Assembly (NCBI GenBank): GCA_036504735.1
Contig: DASXUQ010000017.1
Span: forward strand, 33,349 to 97,348
Reading direction: 5' to 3'
Source: a bacterium
Lineage (GTDB): Bacteria; Electryoneota; RPQS01
Length of the DNA stretch: 64,000 bases
Positions 9,970 to 18,408 of the stretch are shown in pieces; positions within the stretch are counted from its first letter, which is position 1, and the number at the start of each line of letters is the position of its first letter. The position numbers and the translations under genes were made by a program. The notes under the pieces were generated by a model. The model did no database searches, was not told where the DNA came from, and worked only from the letters and a program-made list of their open reading frames with translations.

Positions 9970-11733
9970 ATGTTCATGGCGAAGAAGAAGATTGAGGCTG
10001 ACCGCACCTTGGGAGCACTCGCCAAGCTGCCGACAGGAATTTCGGGATTCGACGAAATTACGGGAGGCGGCCTGCCGGAGGGGCGCATCGCGCTCATCAC
10101 CGGCGGACCGGGAAGCGGAAAGACGCTGTTCAGCATGGAATTTCTCGTGCACGGCGCGGTGGATTTCGGTGAGCCCGGCCTGTTTGTGGCCTTTGAAGAG
10201 ACCGCCGAAGAGCTGGAAAAGAACGTTGCCTCGCTGGGCTTCGATCTGAAGGACCTCGAGCGGCGCAAAAAACTGCTGGTGGATTACATTCCCATCGAAC
10301 GCAGCGAAATCGAAGAGACCGGCGACTACGACCTCGAAGGGCTGTTCATCCGGCTCGGCATGATGATCGATTCCATCGGCGCCAAGCGCGTGGTGCTGGA
10401 CACGCTTGAGGCGCTGTTCTCCGGCTTTCCCAATGAACTGATTCTGCGCGCCGAACTCCGCCGCCTGTTCCGCTGGCTGAAGAGCAAGGGTGTGACCAGC
10501 ATCGTCACCGCCGAGAAGGGCGGAGGCGCCCTCACGCGCCACGGGCTGGAAGAGTATGTGTCCGATTGCGTGATTGTGCTCGACCATCTGGTGAAGGAAA
10601 ACGTCGCTACGCGCCGCCTGCGCGTCGTCAAGTATCGCGGCTCGCGCCACGGCACCAACGAATATCCGTTCCTTATCGGCAGTACCGGCCTTTCGATTCT
10701 GCCCATTACGTCGCTGGAACTGAACTACAACGTCTCTTCGGAGCGGATCTCCAGCGGCGTGCCGCGTCTCGACACCATGCTGGGCGCCAAGGGATTCTAC
10801 CGCGGCAGCAGCATTCTGGTATCGGGGACCGCTGGCACCGGAAAATCCAGTTTCGCCGCCACCTTCGTCGATTCCGTCTGCCGGCGCGGCGAGAGCTGTC
10901 TCTACCTTGCCTTCGAGGAGTCTCAGCATCAGATCATTCGCAACATGCGCTCCATCGGCATCGACCTCGAACAGTGGGTCAGGAAGGGACTGCTGCACTT
11001 CCACACCGTGCGTCCCACGCTCTATGGTCTGGAAGCTCATCTGGTGTCCATCCACGATCTGGTGGTCAAGTTGCAGCCGTCAGCCGTGGTGTTCGACCCC
11101 ATCTCCAATCTGATCAGCGTGGGCGATACCACCGAAGTGAAGTCCATGCTCACGCGGCTGATCGATTATTTGAAAATGTGCCAGGTGACGACCTTTTTCA
11201 CCAACTTGAGCATTGACGCAGCGAACCACGAGACGGCGGATGTGGGGGTTTCCTCCCTGATGGACGCATGGATTGTGCTACGCGATACGGAGAGCGAAGG
11301 CGAGCGTAATCGCGTCATTCATATTATGAAAGCGCGGGGTATGCCCCATTCCAATCAACTCCGCGAATTTCTGCTCACCGACAACGGCGTCGTGGTCAAG
11401 GACGTCTATATCGGTGAAGGCCGGGCGTATACCGGATCGGCGCGAGTCAAGCAGGAGGCGCAGGATCTTGCCGATGAGATCCGGCGCAAGCAGGACGTCG
11501 AGCGCAAGGTGCGGGAAAATGAGCGTAGCCGCAAGGTGATCGAGGCTCAGATTATCGCGCTGCAGGCGCAACTCGAACGCCAGGCGGACGAAGCGGAGCA
11601 ATATATAGAGCAGGAGAAGAGCACCGAGCGCCTTGCAGACGAGAATCGCCGGCGGCTGGCGGCTTCCCGCCACAGCGATGACTCGGAACCGGCGCCGGAA
11701 GGACGAAGGAAAAATGGGAGAAGACAAGTATGA
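9970..11733 (+). CDS. kaiC: circadian clock protein KaiC homologue with long C-terminal coiled-coil-like extension
   Basis: Duplicated RecA-like domains with Walker A GGPGSGKT and GTAGTGKS, and EE pairs in FVAFEETAE and YLAFEESQH. Also ...[14 protein letters not shown]... and ...[14 protein letters not shown]... blocks. The last ~110 aa are charged and heptad-like. Confidence 0.9.
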   Translation: MFMAKKKIEADRTLGALAKLPTGISGFDEITGGGLPEGRIALITGGPGSGKTLFSMEFLVHGAVDFGEPGLFVAFEETAEELEKNVASLGFDLKDLERRKKLLVDYIPIERSEIEETGDYDLEGLFIRLGMMIDSIGAKRVVLDTLEALFSGFPNELILRAELRRLFRWLKSKGVTSIVTAEKGGGALTRHGLEEYVSDCVIVLDHLVKENVATRRLRVVKYRGSRHGTNEYPFLIGSTGLSILPITSLELNYNVSSERISSGVPRLDTMLGAKGFYRGSSILVSGTAGTGKSSFAATFVDSVCRRGESCLYLAFEESQHQIIRNMRSIGIDLEQWVRKGLLHFHTVRPTLYGLEAHLVSIHDLVVKLQPSAVVFDPISNLISVGDTTEVKSMLTRLIDYLKMCQVTTFFTNLSIDAANHETADVGVSSLMDAWIVLRDTESEGERNRVIHIMKARGMPHSNQLREFLLTDNGVVVKDVYIGEGRAYTGSARVKQEAQDLADEIRRKQDVERKVRENERSRKVIEAQIIALQAQLERQADEAEQYIEQEKSTERLADENRRRLAASRHSDDSEPAPEGRRKNGRRQV

Positions 11734-12134
11734 GTAAATCCGCCGCGACCACAGACGCCAAGAGCAGCGGCGCCAAAACCGGCAGCCGTTCTTCGAACTC
11801 ATCGAAAGCCAAGTCCCCCGGAACGCCTATTATCAAAACCGAGTTGCCAAGTAAGGAAGACTTCTGGGAACTGCGGCTCTATGTGGCCGGACAAAGCACC
11901 AAGTCCCTGACCGCCTTTGCCAATCTCAAACGGATGTGCGAAGAGCATCTCGAAGGCAAATACCGCATTGAAGTCGTTGACCTGCTCGAAAATCCCCAAC
12001 TGGCGAAGGGAGACCAGATCCTGGCCATCCCCACCCTCGTGCGCAAATTACCCGAACCCCTGAAGAAGATTATCGGCGACTTATCCAATACCGAGCGCAC
12101 CTTGGTCGGCCTCGACATCCGTCCGCGTTCGTAA
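11730..12134 (+). CDS. kaiB: KaiB homologue with ~45-aa Ser/Lys-rich N-terminal extension
   Basis: Core [67 protein letters not shown]. The ATG overlaps the kaiC stop (ATGA). Confidence 0.85.
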   Translation: MSKSAATTDAKSSGAKTGSRSSNSSKAKSPGTPIIKTELPSKEDFWELRLYVAGQSTKSLTAFANLKRMCEEHLEGKYRIEVVDLLENPQLAKGDQILAIPTLVRKLPEPLKKIIGDLSNTERTLVGLDIRPRS

Positions 12135-12149
12135 GGAAAGACCTGACTC

Positions 12150-12530
12150 ATGACAAAATCCATCAGCGCGGTGACCCAGCAGTTCGAGGCTGCCCTTAAG
12201 AAAAGTACTCGCGAGGGAGAATCCTATGTGCTGCGGTTATACGTGGCCGGAACCACGCCCCGCTCCACGAGTGCCATTCGGAACATCAAAGACATCTGTG
12301 AAGCGCACCTCAAAGGACGCTACGACCTCGAAGTGATCGACATCTATCAGCAGCCGGTGCTGGCCAAAGGCGAACAGATCATCGCCGCGCCCACGCTGAT
12401 CAAACAACTGCCTATGCCGCTGCGCAAGTTTATCGGCGATATGTCGGATACTGAAAAAATTCTGGTCGGTCTGGACTTACGACCGAAAAAGGATACCGCA
12501 AGTGCTGGAAGAAAAGAAGAAAATAGCTAA
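12150..12530 (+). CDS. kaiB: KaiB homologue (second tandem copy)
   Basis: LRLYVAGTTPRS..NIKDICEAHLKGRYDLEVIDIYQQPVLAKGEQIIAAPTLIKQLPMPLRKFIGDMS. It starts 15 nt after the first kaiB. Confidence 0.9.
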   Translation: MTKSISAVTQQFEAALKKSTREGESYVLRLYVAGTTPRSTSAIRNIKDICEAHLKGRYDLEVIDIYQQPVLAKGEQIIAAPTLIKQLPMPLRKFIGDMSDTEKILVGLDLRPKKDTASAGRKEENS

Positions 12531-14337
12531 ACGGGACCTCGACGGCGGAAGCGATGAGATGGCCGAACTTCGCGCCCGGCTCGAGGAGGCCGAGGAGACA
12601 TTGCGCGCCATTCGCGAAGGCGAAGTGGATGCGGTGATCATGTCCGGCGCGCGGGGCGATCAGGTCTACACCCTGATGGGCGCCGATGCGCCCTATCGCG
12701 TGATCCTGCAAACCATGAGCGAGGGCGCGTGCACGCTCGATGCTGCCGGAACCGTGATGTACTGCAACCGCCGCCTGGCCGAGATGCTCAAGCTGCCCAT
12801 CGAACAGGTCATCGGCTCCGATGTGTTCCGTCATATCCCACAGCAGGATCGCGGAAGCTTTGGCGCGTTTCTCAGTCAGGCGGGCAACCAAGCGGTTCAC
12901 CATGAGGCCTCGCTCCGGCTGGCTGGCGGGGACACGCTGCCGGTGCTGTTGTCCGCCAGTCCCCTCGCGTTGGATGGCACGCGGCATGTCTGCGTCATTG
13001 TGACGGATCTTACCCAGCGGAAACAGATCGAGGAAGAACTCCGCTGCGCCCGCGATGAACTGGAACTGCGCGTGGCGGAGCGCACCGCCGAGCTGACCGA
13101 AACGAATTTCCGGCTCGAACAAGAGATTCAGGAGCGCACACAGGTCGAAGAGGAACTCCGCCAGAGTGAAGATGAACTCCGCCGCAGCGAACACAACCTG
13201 ATTCAGGCGCAGCGCATCGGCCACACGGGAAGCTGGGAGTGGGACGTGCGCACGAGTGACGTCTTAGCGTCCGAGGAGTTTCACCGCCTGTTTGGCATGG
13301 GAAAAGAGGCCGCGCTCTCGCTGCCGACGCTGCTGGCGCGTGTTCACCCGGAAGACATGGACCTGGCGACGAGTATGCTGGAGAAGGTGCGTGCGGGTCT
13401 CCCTCGGGTAAATGTTGATATCCGGCTCCCGCTGCCGGACGGCGCGGTGCGGATCCTCAACGTCGAAGGTGAAGTCACCGACGCCGATGCCGCTGGCAAA
13501 CCGCGCTGCATGGCCGGTACCGTGCAGGATGTCACCGAGCGCAAGCGCGCTGAAGATCAGATCCGCCGCTACAACGAAGAGCTGGAGCGGCAGGTGGCCG
13601 AGCGCACGGCCCACATTCAGAAACTCGAACGGCTGCGGGTGGAGGCGGAGAAGCAGGCGGCGATTGGCCGTATGGCGGCGCGGATCGCCCACGAGATCAA
13701 CAACCCGCTGGCCGGCATCAAGAACAGCTTTTTGCTGGTGAAGAAGGCGATCCCCCCCACCTTCAAGCACTACGAGTTTGTGGGCCGGATCGACAAGGAA
13801 CTGGACCGCATCGCCCGCATCGTCCGCCAGATGTTCGAAGTCTACAAACCCCAGCGCAACGCCCCGGCGCTGTTCAGCGTGTCCGATGCCGTGCGCGATG
13901 TGGTGGCGCTGCTCCACGGCAATGCCCACGCCAAGCACGTCACGCTGGAAATCGGAGCGGAAGCCGCTTCTGCCGTGGTGTATCTGCACGAAGATTCGGT
14001 GCGCCAGGTGCTGTTCAGCATCATCCAGAATGCCATTGAAGCGTCGCCGGAAGGCGGAACTGTTCGGATTGGCGCCGAGTTGCAGGATCATATGTTGAAA
14101 CTGGATATCGTGGATCAGGGCTGCGGCATTCCGCCGGAGGTGGGAGCGCGGATTTTCGAACCGTTTTTCACCACCAAGAATGAACTGGCCTCCGGCGGTC
14201 TCGGCTTGGGTCTGTCGATCACCAATGGCGTGGTGGAAGCCATGGGCGGCCATCTCAGTTACGAAAGCGCAGTCGGCAAGGGGACGGCCTTTAAGGTCAC
14301 TCTGCCGCTCAACCATACCAACAAGGAAGTCCAATGA
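12502..14337 (+). CDS. PAS sensor histidine kinase downstream of kaiB
   Basis: Coiled-coil N-terminus, two PAS units, then an H-box and HATPase_c motifs as in the 5676-9926 kinase. The start is either GTG 12502 (overlapping kaiB) or ATG 12559. Confidence 0.85.
   Translation: MLEEKKKIAKRDLDGGSDEMAELRARLEEAEETLRAIREGEVDAVIMSGARGDQVYTLMGADAPYRVILQTMSEGACTLDAAGTVMYCNRRLAEMLKLPIEQVIGSDVFRHIPQQDRGSFGAFLSQAGNQAVHHEASLRLAGGDTLPVLLSASPLALDGTRHVCVIVTDLTQRKQIEEELRCARDELELRVAERTAELTETNFRLEQEIQERTQVEEELRQSEDELRRSEHNLIQAQRIGHTGSWEWDVRTSDVLASEEFHRLFGMGKEAALSLPTLLARVHPEDMDLATSMLEKVRAGLPRVNVDIRLPLPDGAVRILNVEGEVTDADAAGKPRCMAGTVQDVTERKRAEDQIRRYNEELERQVAERTAHIQKLERLRVEAEKQAAIGRMAARIAHEINNPLAGIKNSFLLVKKAIPPTFKHYEFVGRIDKELDRIARIVRQMFEVYKPQRNAPALFSVSDAVRDVVALLHGNAHAKHVTLEIGAEAASAVVYLHEDSVRQVLFSIIQNAIEASPEGGTVRIGAELQDHMLKLDIVDQGCGIPPEVGARIFEPFFTTKNELASGGLGLGLSITNGVVEAMGGHLSYESAVGKGTAFKVTLPLNHTNKEVQ
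13579..13851 (+). repeat. second copy of the 273-nt DHp-coding segment
   Basis: See 9171-9443. The flanking sequence diverges sharply at both ends. Confidence 0.9.
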
Positions 14338-15089
14338 TGACCAACGGAAAAATCCTGATCGCGGATGACGAAGAAACCTTCCTGATTTCGACATCCGCGC
14401 TTCTCACGGATGAAGGGTATGAATGCGCTACAGCTTCCAATGCCGCCGATGCGGCCACGCTGCTGCGCGACAATGAATTCGATCTGCTCATCGCCGACAT
14501 CAAGATGCCGGGCAATGCGGAACTTGAACTGGTGCACGAACTGCCGATCCTCGCCGAGGGTATGCCCGTGATTCTCGTCACAGGCTATCCCACGGTCAAT
14601 ACCGCCATTCAATCCATTCGCCTGCCTGTGGTGGCCTATCTGATCAAGCCGGTGGACTTCGGAGAGCTTCTGGCTATGGTTCACAGCGGCGTAGAATACA
14701 CCCGGGTTCACCGCGCCGTCAAGAACACCCGCAGCCGTCTCGGGCAATGGGAGGCCTCTCTGCATGATCTGCAGCGGGGATATGAGGTATCGCCCAAGGT
14801 GAACTCCGCCGGATCGGTGGACAGTTTTCTCAAACTGGCTCATGATAACATCATGCGCTCGTTCGGTGACCTCCTCAATGTCTCGCGGGCTCTTGCCAAT
14901 CAATCAAAAGTGCAGTTTGTTTGCCACCTCGCCAACTGCCCGAAGCTTCAGATGTACGAGCAAGCCATTGAAAATACTGTAAAGACCCTTGAACGTACGA
15001 AGTCCGCATTTAAGTCTAAAGAATTAGGAGATTTACGGAAGAAGCTTGAGGAGCTTCTGGAGAGCGAGAGGCGCGCCGAGAGTGTCTAA
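14334..15089 (+). CDS. response regulator receiver protein with uncharacterised ~130-aa helical C-terminal domain
   Basis: REC motifs KILIADDEE, DLLIADIKMPG and AYLIKP. The start overlaps the kinase stop (ATGA). No HTH or enzymatic output motif was recognised in the C-terminal half. Confidence 0.8.
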   Translation: MMTNGKILIADDEETFLISTSALLTDEGYECATASNAADAATLLRDNEFDLLIADIKMPGNAELELVHELPILAEGMPVILVTGYPTVNTAIQSIRLPVVAYLIKPVDFGELLAMVHSGVEYTRVHRAVKNTRSRLGQWEASLHDLQRGYEVSPKVNSAGSVDSFLKLAHDNIMRSFGDLLNVSRALANQSKVQFVCHLANCPKLQMYEQAIENTVKTLERTKSAFKSKELGDLRKKLEELLESERRAESV

Positions 15090-15163
15090 GTGGCAGAGCC
15101 TCGTGCCGCTTTGCCTCCTCCAACTGCTTCCCACGTTCGCCAAAACGTCCTAAACATCTATTT

Positions 15164-15197
15164 AAACACAGTATTTACTTATATTAATACTGTGTTT
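15164..15197. other. 12-bp perfect AT-rich inverted repeat (AAACACAGTATT-N10-AATACTGTGTTT) 75 nt after the receiver gene
   Basis: Read directly from the sequence. It could be the operon terminator stem (it ends in TTT) or a protein-binding palindrome. Confidence 0.35.
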
Positions 15198-15280
15198 GAG
15201 AGCCCACTCGAACTCTCTTGGAGTACCACGACCCGCGCAGGGGTCAACCGAACTTTTTTAGATTTTCTTGTTCAAGCTAC

Positions 15281-15309
15281 TTGACAAAGTGCTGGTAGGT
15301 CTATTATAT
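15281..15309 (+). promoter_or_regulatory. sigma70-like promoter
   Basis: TTGACA, a 17-nt spacer, then TTATAT (the overlapping TATTAT/TATATT alternatives are also possible), in an AT-rich island. Confidence 0.45.
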
Positions 15310-15541
15310 TGTGTCAGCATACGGTTTGACAAGGTTCGCGGCTCGCGCGGACCGCCTTGTCGAGTAGGTACAGGCCTGCAAGTCGAAGGCGCAACCCTCC
15401 CCATTTCTGCCTCTAAGGGCATCCGACATGGGTTGTAGGTTGGGCCTTTTTTGTTGTCTTTAAATTTCTGTAAAGTTGCATTATTTAAATAGATAAAGCC
15501 CCACTTAGGGCGATTGGAACTTGCGCTGGCCGGAGGTAGTT

Positions 15542-15643
15542 ATGCTAAGACAGGAATGGGAATATATTACTCGAGTATTCGGATTTACCGGTGTGACGCT
15601 TGGTGTGATCTTAGCCCTGCTCCTTCTTGCAGTTACCAAGTAG
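15542..15643 (+). CDS. 33-aa small membrane protein candidate (MLRQEWEYITRVFGFTGVTLGVILALLLLAVTK)
   Basis: GGAGG sits 5 nt upstream of the ATG. The ORF has a single hydrophobic helix and is below the ORF-track length cutoff. Confidence 0.4.
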   Translation: MLRQEWEYITRVFGFTGVTLGVILALLLLAVTK

Positions 15644-15747
15644 CTGGCGCACGTCAATGGCGACCCCAAGCCGTATCAGGCCTTGGGGAGGACTTCTAAG
15701 GTGTTCACAAAATCAGGGCTGATATACAAAGCAGGAAGGGTAGTACC

Positions 15748-15990
15748 ATGGCTTCTTTCAACGAAGGACTATTGACACTGGAAGATGCAGCGCGTCTGCT
15801 CGGCGTATCCAAGATTACATTGCGTCGCTGGACGAGAAGCGGGTCGCTGGGTTGTGTTCGGGTTGGCCAGAGAGGGGATCGTCGCTTCCGTCGGGAAGAT
15901 CTCGAAGAATATGTTTCGACTCGCGTGCGTTCCAGTTCCATGATCTCCGAGAACGTGCCGCGTACTGATATTACGGCGGTGGCTGGATAA
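15748..15990 (+). CDS. excisionase-family / MerR-like helix-turn-helix DNA-binding protein
   Basis: LLTLEDAARLLGVSKITLRRWTRSGSL..VRVGQRGDRRFRREDLEEYV is the typical HTH_17/excisionase pattern. Confidence 0.7.
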   Translation: MASFNEGLLTLEDAARLLGVSKITLRRWTRSGSLGCVRVGQRGDRRFRREDLEEYVSTRVRSSSMISENVPRTDITAVAG

Positions 15991-16037
15991 GCAGAGGAGA
16001 GGGAGAAGAGGGGATTTACCGGCGGGAGGGAATTTCA

Positions 16038-16083
16038 CCGATGGGATGGGATGCGGCCAATCTGGTATCCCCCGTCCCATCGG
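16038..16083. other. 13-bp stem hairpin (one G-U pair) with 20-nt loop downstream of the HTH gene
   Basis: cccgatgggatggg ... cccgtcccatcgg, read from the sequence. No T-run follows. Confidence 0.4.
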
Positions 16084-16409
16084 GAAAATACCCGCCGCAG
16101 CGCAGGATGCCCGGACTGCGGAGCCGGACATCCACACCATCGAACCGGTTGACCTGCTTTCCTATGAAAGCGGTTCTGGATATCGGTGGTTGAGGCTGGT
16201 GGTGGGCGGAGATTCACGTGAAGGCTGTATGCAGGTAGCTTTTTCTCGTATAATAGCAATGGTCGGATGGCGCTTTCTTATCGGTCCGGGTCAAATAGGT
16301 TCCTTATGATTTCCGCCCGCCGCAGCCGTTGAATCCTGACTCTTTACATCCATCGTTGATCGGAAGCCGCCACACCTAAGGGTGGGGCGGGAAATAGGCA
16401 AGGTTCGAA

Positions 16410-16436
16410 GGGCTTGGGACAATCCTGAGCCCTTTT
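16410..16436 (+). terminator. orphan intrinsic terminator-like hairpin
   Basis: gggcttggg-acaat-cctgagccc followed by TTTT. No convincing ORF ends just upstream. Confidence 0.45.
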
Positions 16437-16466
16437 GATTCCGCGCGGTGCATGAGTTCGTCATAG

Positions 16467-16513
16467 TTGACTTTGTTGACGGGAAGGCCTATCTTGTTGT
16501 TCGAAAGAACAAC
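16467..16513 (+). promoter_or_regulatory. sigma70-like promoter plus 7-bp-arm palindrome at the predicted transcript start of the M48 gene
   Basis: TTGACT, 17 nt, TATCTT, immediately followed by GTTGTTC-GAAA-GAACAAC. Confidence 0.4.
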
Positions 16514-16573
16514 CGAACATTTTGAGGCCCGCCTATGTTGATTTCCATTTATTCAGCCATAGTAAAGACCATC

Positions 16574-17365
16574 ATGAAACGTGCACATGTCTTGACTGTG
16601 ATTGCCACGCTACTTGTAATCAGCGTGATCGTAGCCGCCTGCTACACCAATCCCCTGACCAAGCGCAAGGAGTTCATGCTCTTCAGTCCCCAGGAAGAGG
16701 TCAGCCTTGGCATTGCTACGTTCGATACCCTGAAGCGTCAGACTCCGATTTCGACGGATCCCCAGCAGGTCGAGGCCGTGCGGCGGGTGGGCCAGCGCAT
16801 CGCTTCGGCGGTCACGCTGCCCGGCGCCCAGTGGGAATTCGTCTGCTTTAAAGATGATAATACGGCTAACGCCTTCTGCCTCCCCGGAGGCAAGATCGGT
16901 GTCTACACCGGCATTCTGCCTCTTACGCAGGATGATAACGGCTTGGCCGTGGTGCTGGGCCATGAAGTCTCCCATGCCGTTGCGCGGCACGGCGGAGAGC
17001 GCATGAGCCAGCAGCTTGCTCTTCAGCTCGGCGGGGTAGGTTTGGCCGTGGCGCTGCAGCAGCAACCCCAATTAACGCAGCAGCTCGCCATGGCCGCCTA
17101 CGGAGTCGGCACCACCGTGGGCGTCGCCCTGCCCTTCAGCCGGCAGGAAGAATCCGAGGCCGACCATATGGGCCTGCTGACCATGGCCAAGGCTGGCTAT
17201 AACCCGCAGAATGCCATTACGTTCTGGCAGCGTTTCAAAGCCTACAGCGATGCTCACGGCGGACAGCCTCCCGCATTTCTTTCCGACCATCCGCTGGACT
17301 CGAAACGCATTGCCGATCTGCAAAAGGAACTGCCCGAAGCCCAGAAGCTCTATACCGGGAGATAG
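16574..17365 (+). CDS. M48-family zinc metallopeptidase, probable lipoprotein
   Basis: HEVSHAVARH (HExxH), the downstream EESEADHMG motif, and a signal/lipobox-like LLVISVIVAAC. ATG 16574 is preferred over 16535. Confidence 0.8.
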   Translation: MKRAHVLTVIATLLVISVIVAACYTNPLTKRKEFMLFSPQEEVSLGIATFDTLKRQTPISTDPQQVEAVRRVGQRIASAVTLPGAQWEFVCFKDDNTANAFCLPGGKIGVYTGILPLTQDDNGLAVVLGHEVSHAVARHGGERMSQQLALQLGGVGLAVALQQQPQLTQQLAMAAYGVGTTVGVALPFSRQEESEADHMGLLTMAKAGYNPQNAITFWQRFKAYSDAHGGQPPAFLSDHPLDSKRIADLQKELPEAQKLYTGR

Positions 17366-17493
17366 TGACGGCTCCATGCGTGGATGCTAATCCTGAATTT
17401 TCCCGAAGACTAAGTTAATCAAGCCTCGCTCCAGTTGGTCATAAGACCGCTAGGGCGAGGCTTCGACACATTATCGCTCCTCCGATCCGCCCC

Positions 17494-18390
17494 ATGCTGT
17501 CTTCCATCCCTCATTTTGGTGAAATCCTCTCCCTGTCCACTGCCGTGGTCTGGGCCTTTGCGGTCATCCTGTTTAAGAAGAGCGGCGAGACGGTCCATCC
17601 CATCGCCCTCAACCTGTTCAAGAATACACTCGGCGTACTGCTGTTCATTCCTACGCTGTGGCTCGCCGGCGAGGATTTCTTCCGTCCCGTTCCCGTGCAG
17701 GACTATCTGCTCCTCCTGCTGAGCGGCGCGCTGGGCATCGGCATTGCCGATACCTTCTTCTTCATGAGCCTCAATCTGCTGGGCGCGGGCCTCTCGGCGA
17801 TTGTAGACTGCCTCTACAGTCCGTTCGTGATTGCCACGGCCATGCTCTGGCTGGGAGAGCGGCTCAAGCTGCTGCAGATTGTCGGCGTGTGCCTGATCGT
17901 CTCGGCGGTGCTCGAAGCGACGCTGCGCCGCCACTCGTCACATATTTCCCGGCGGAATTTGTGGCTGGGTATCCTCTTCGGCGCTCTCTCCATGGCCATT
18001 ATGGCGGTGGGAATCGTCATGGTCAAGCCGCTGCTGGAGCAGTCGCCGGTGCTCTGGGTTACGGAGGTGCGTCTGATCGGCGGCGCGCTGACGCTCTGCA
18101 TCGTCCTGCTCTTCCATAAGCAGCGCCGCGACATTCTGAAATCTGCGCTCATCTCCCGGGGTTGGGGGTATATGTTCAGCAGCTCTTTCATCGGCGCCTA
18201 TCTGTCGCTGATGCTCTGGATCGGCGGCATGAAGTACGCCCAGGCCTCCGTGTCCGCCGCGCTGAACCAGACCAGCAATGTCCTTGTCTTCGTGTTTGCC
18301 GCGATCTTCCTCCATGAACGCATCACGCGCCAGCGAGCCTTCGGTATCCTGCTTGCCGTAGCCGGCGTGTACTTGGTGACGTTCGGATAA
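17494..18390 (+). CDS. EamA/DMT-family transporter
   Basis: About ten hydrophobic helices in two EamA-like halves. Confidence 0.7.
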   Translation: MLSSIPHFGEILSLSTAVVWAFAVILFKKSGETVHPIALNLFKNTLGVLLFIPTLWLAGEDFFRPVPVQDYLLLLLSGALGIGIADTFFFMSLNLLGAGLSAIVDCLYSPFVIATAMLWLGERLKLLQIVGVCLIVSAVLEATLRRHSSHISRRNLWLGILFGALSMAIMAVGIVMVKPLLEQSPVLWVTEVRLIGGALTLCIVLLFHKQRRDILKSALISRGWGYMFSSSFIGAYLSLMLWIGGMKYAQASVSAALNQTSNVLVFVFAAIFLHERITRQRAFGILLAVAGVYLVTFG

Positions 18391-18408
18391 TTACACCGAT
18401 GCCTGACC

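Noticed and set aside
15316-15456. Stand-alone sRNA running from the 15281 promoter to the T-run at 15447-15452.
   Set aside because: No GC-rich hairpin immediately precedes the T-run. The promoter more simply serves the small ORF and HTH gene through a long structured leader.
15748-15990. Calling the region a mobile element because of the excisionase-family HTH gene.
   Set aside because: No integrase, transposase, flanking direct repeats or tRNA target was seen in the window.
16046-16309. 87-aa ORF in the gap between the HTH gene and the M48 gene.
   Set aside because: It has no SD, an odd composition, and spans strong hairpins. It is more likely non-coding.
18391-18408. Mn-sensing yybP-ykoY riboswitch expected upstream of mntP.
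   Set aside because: Only 18 nt separate the EamA gene from mntP, which leaves no room for a riboswitch.
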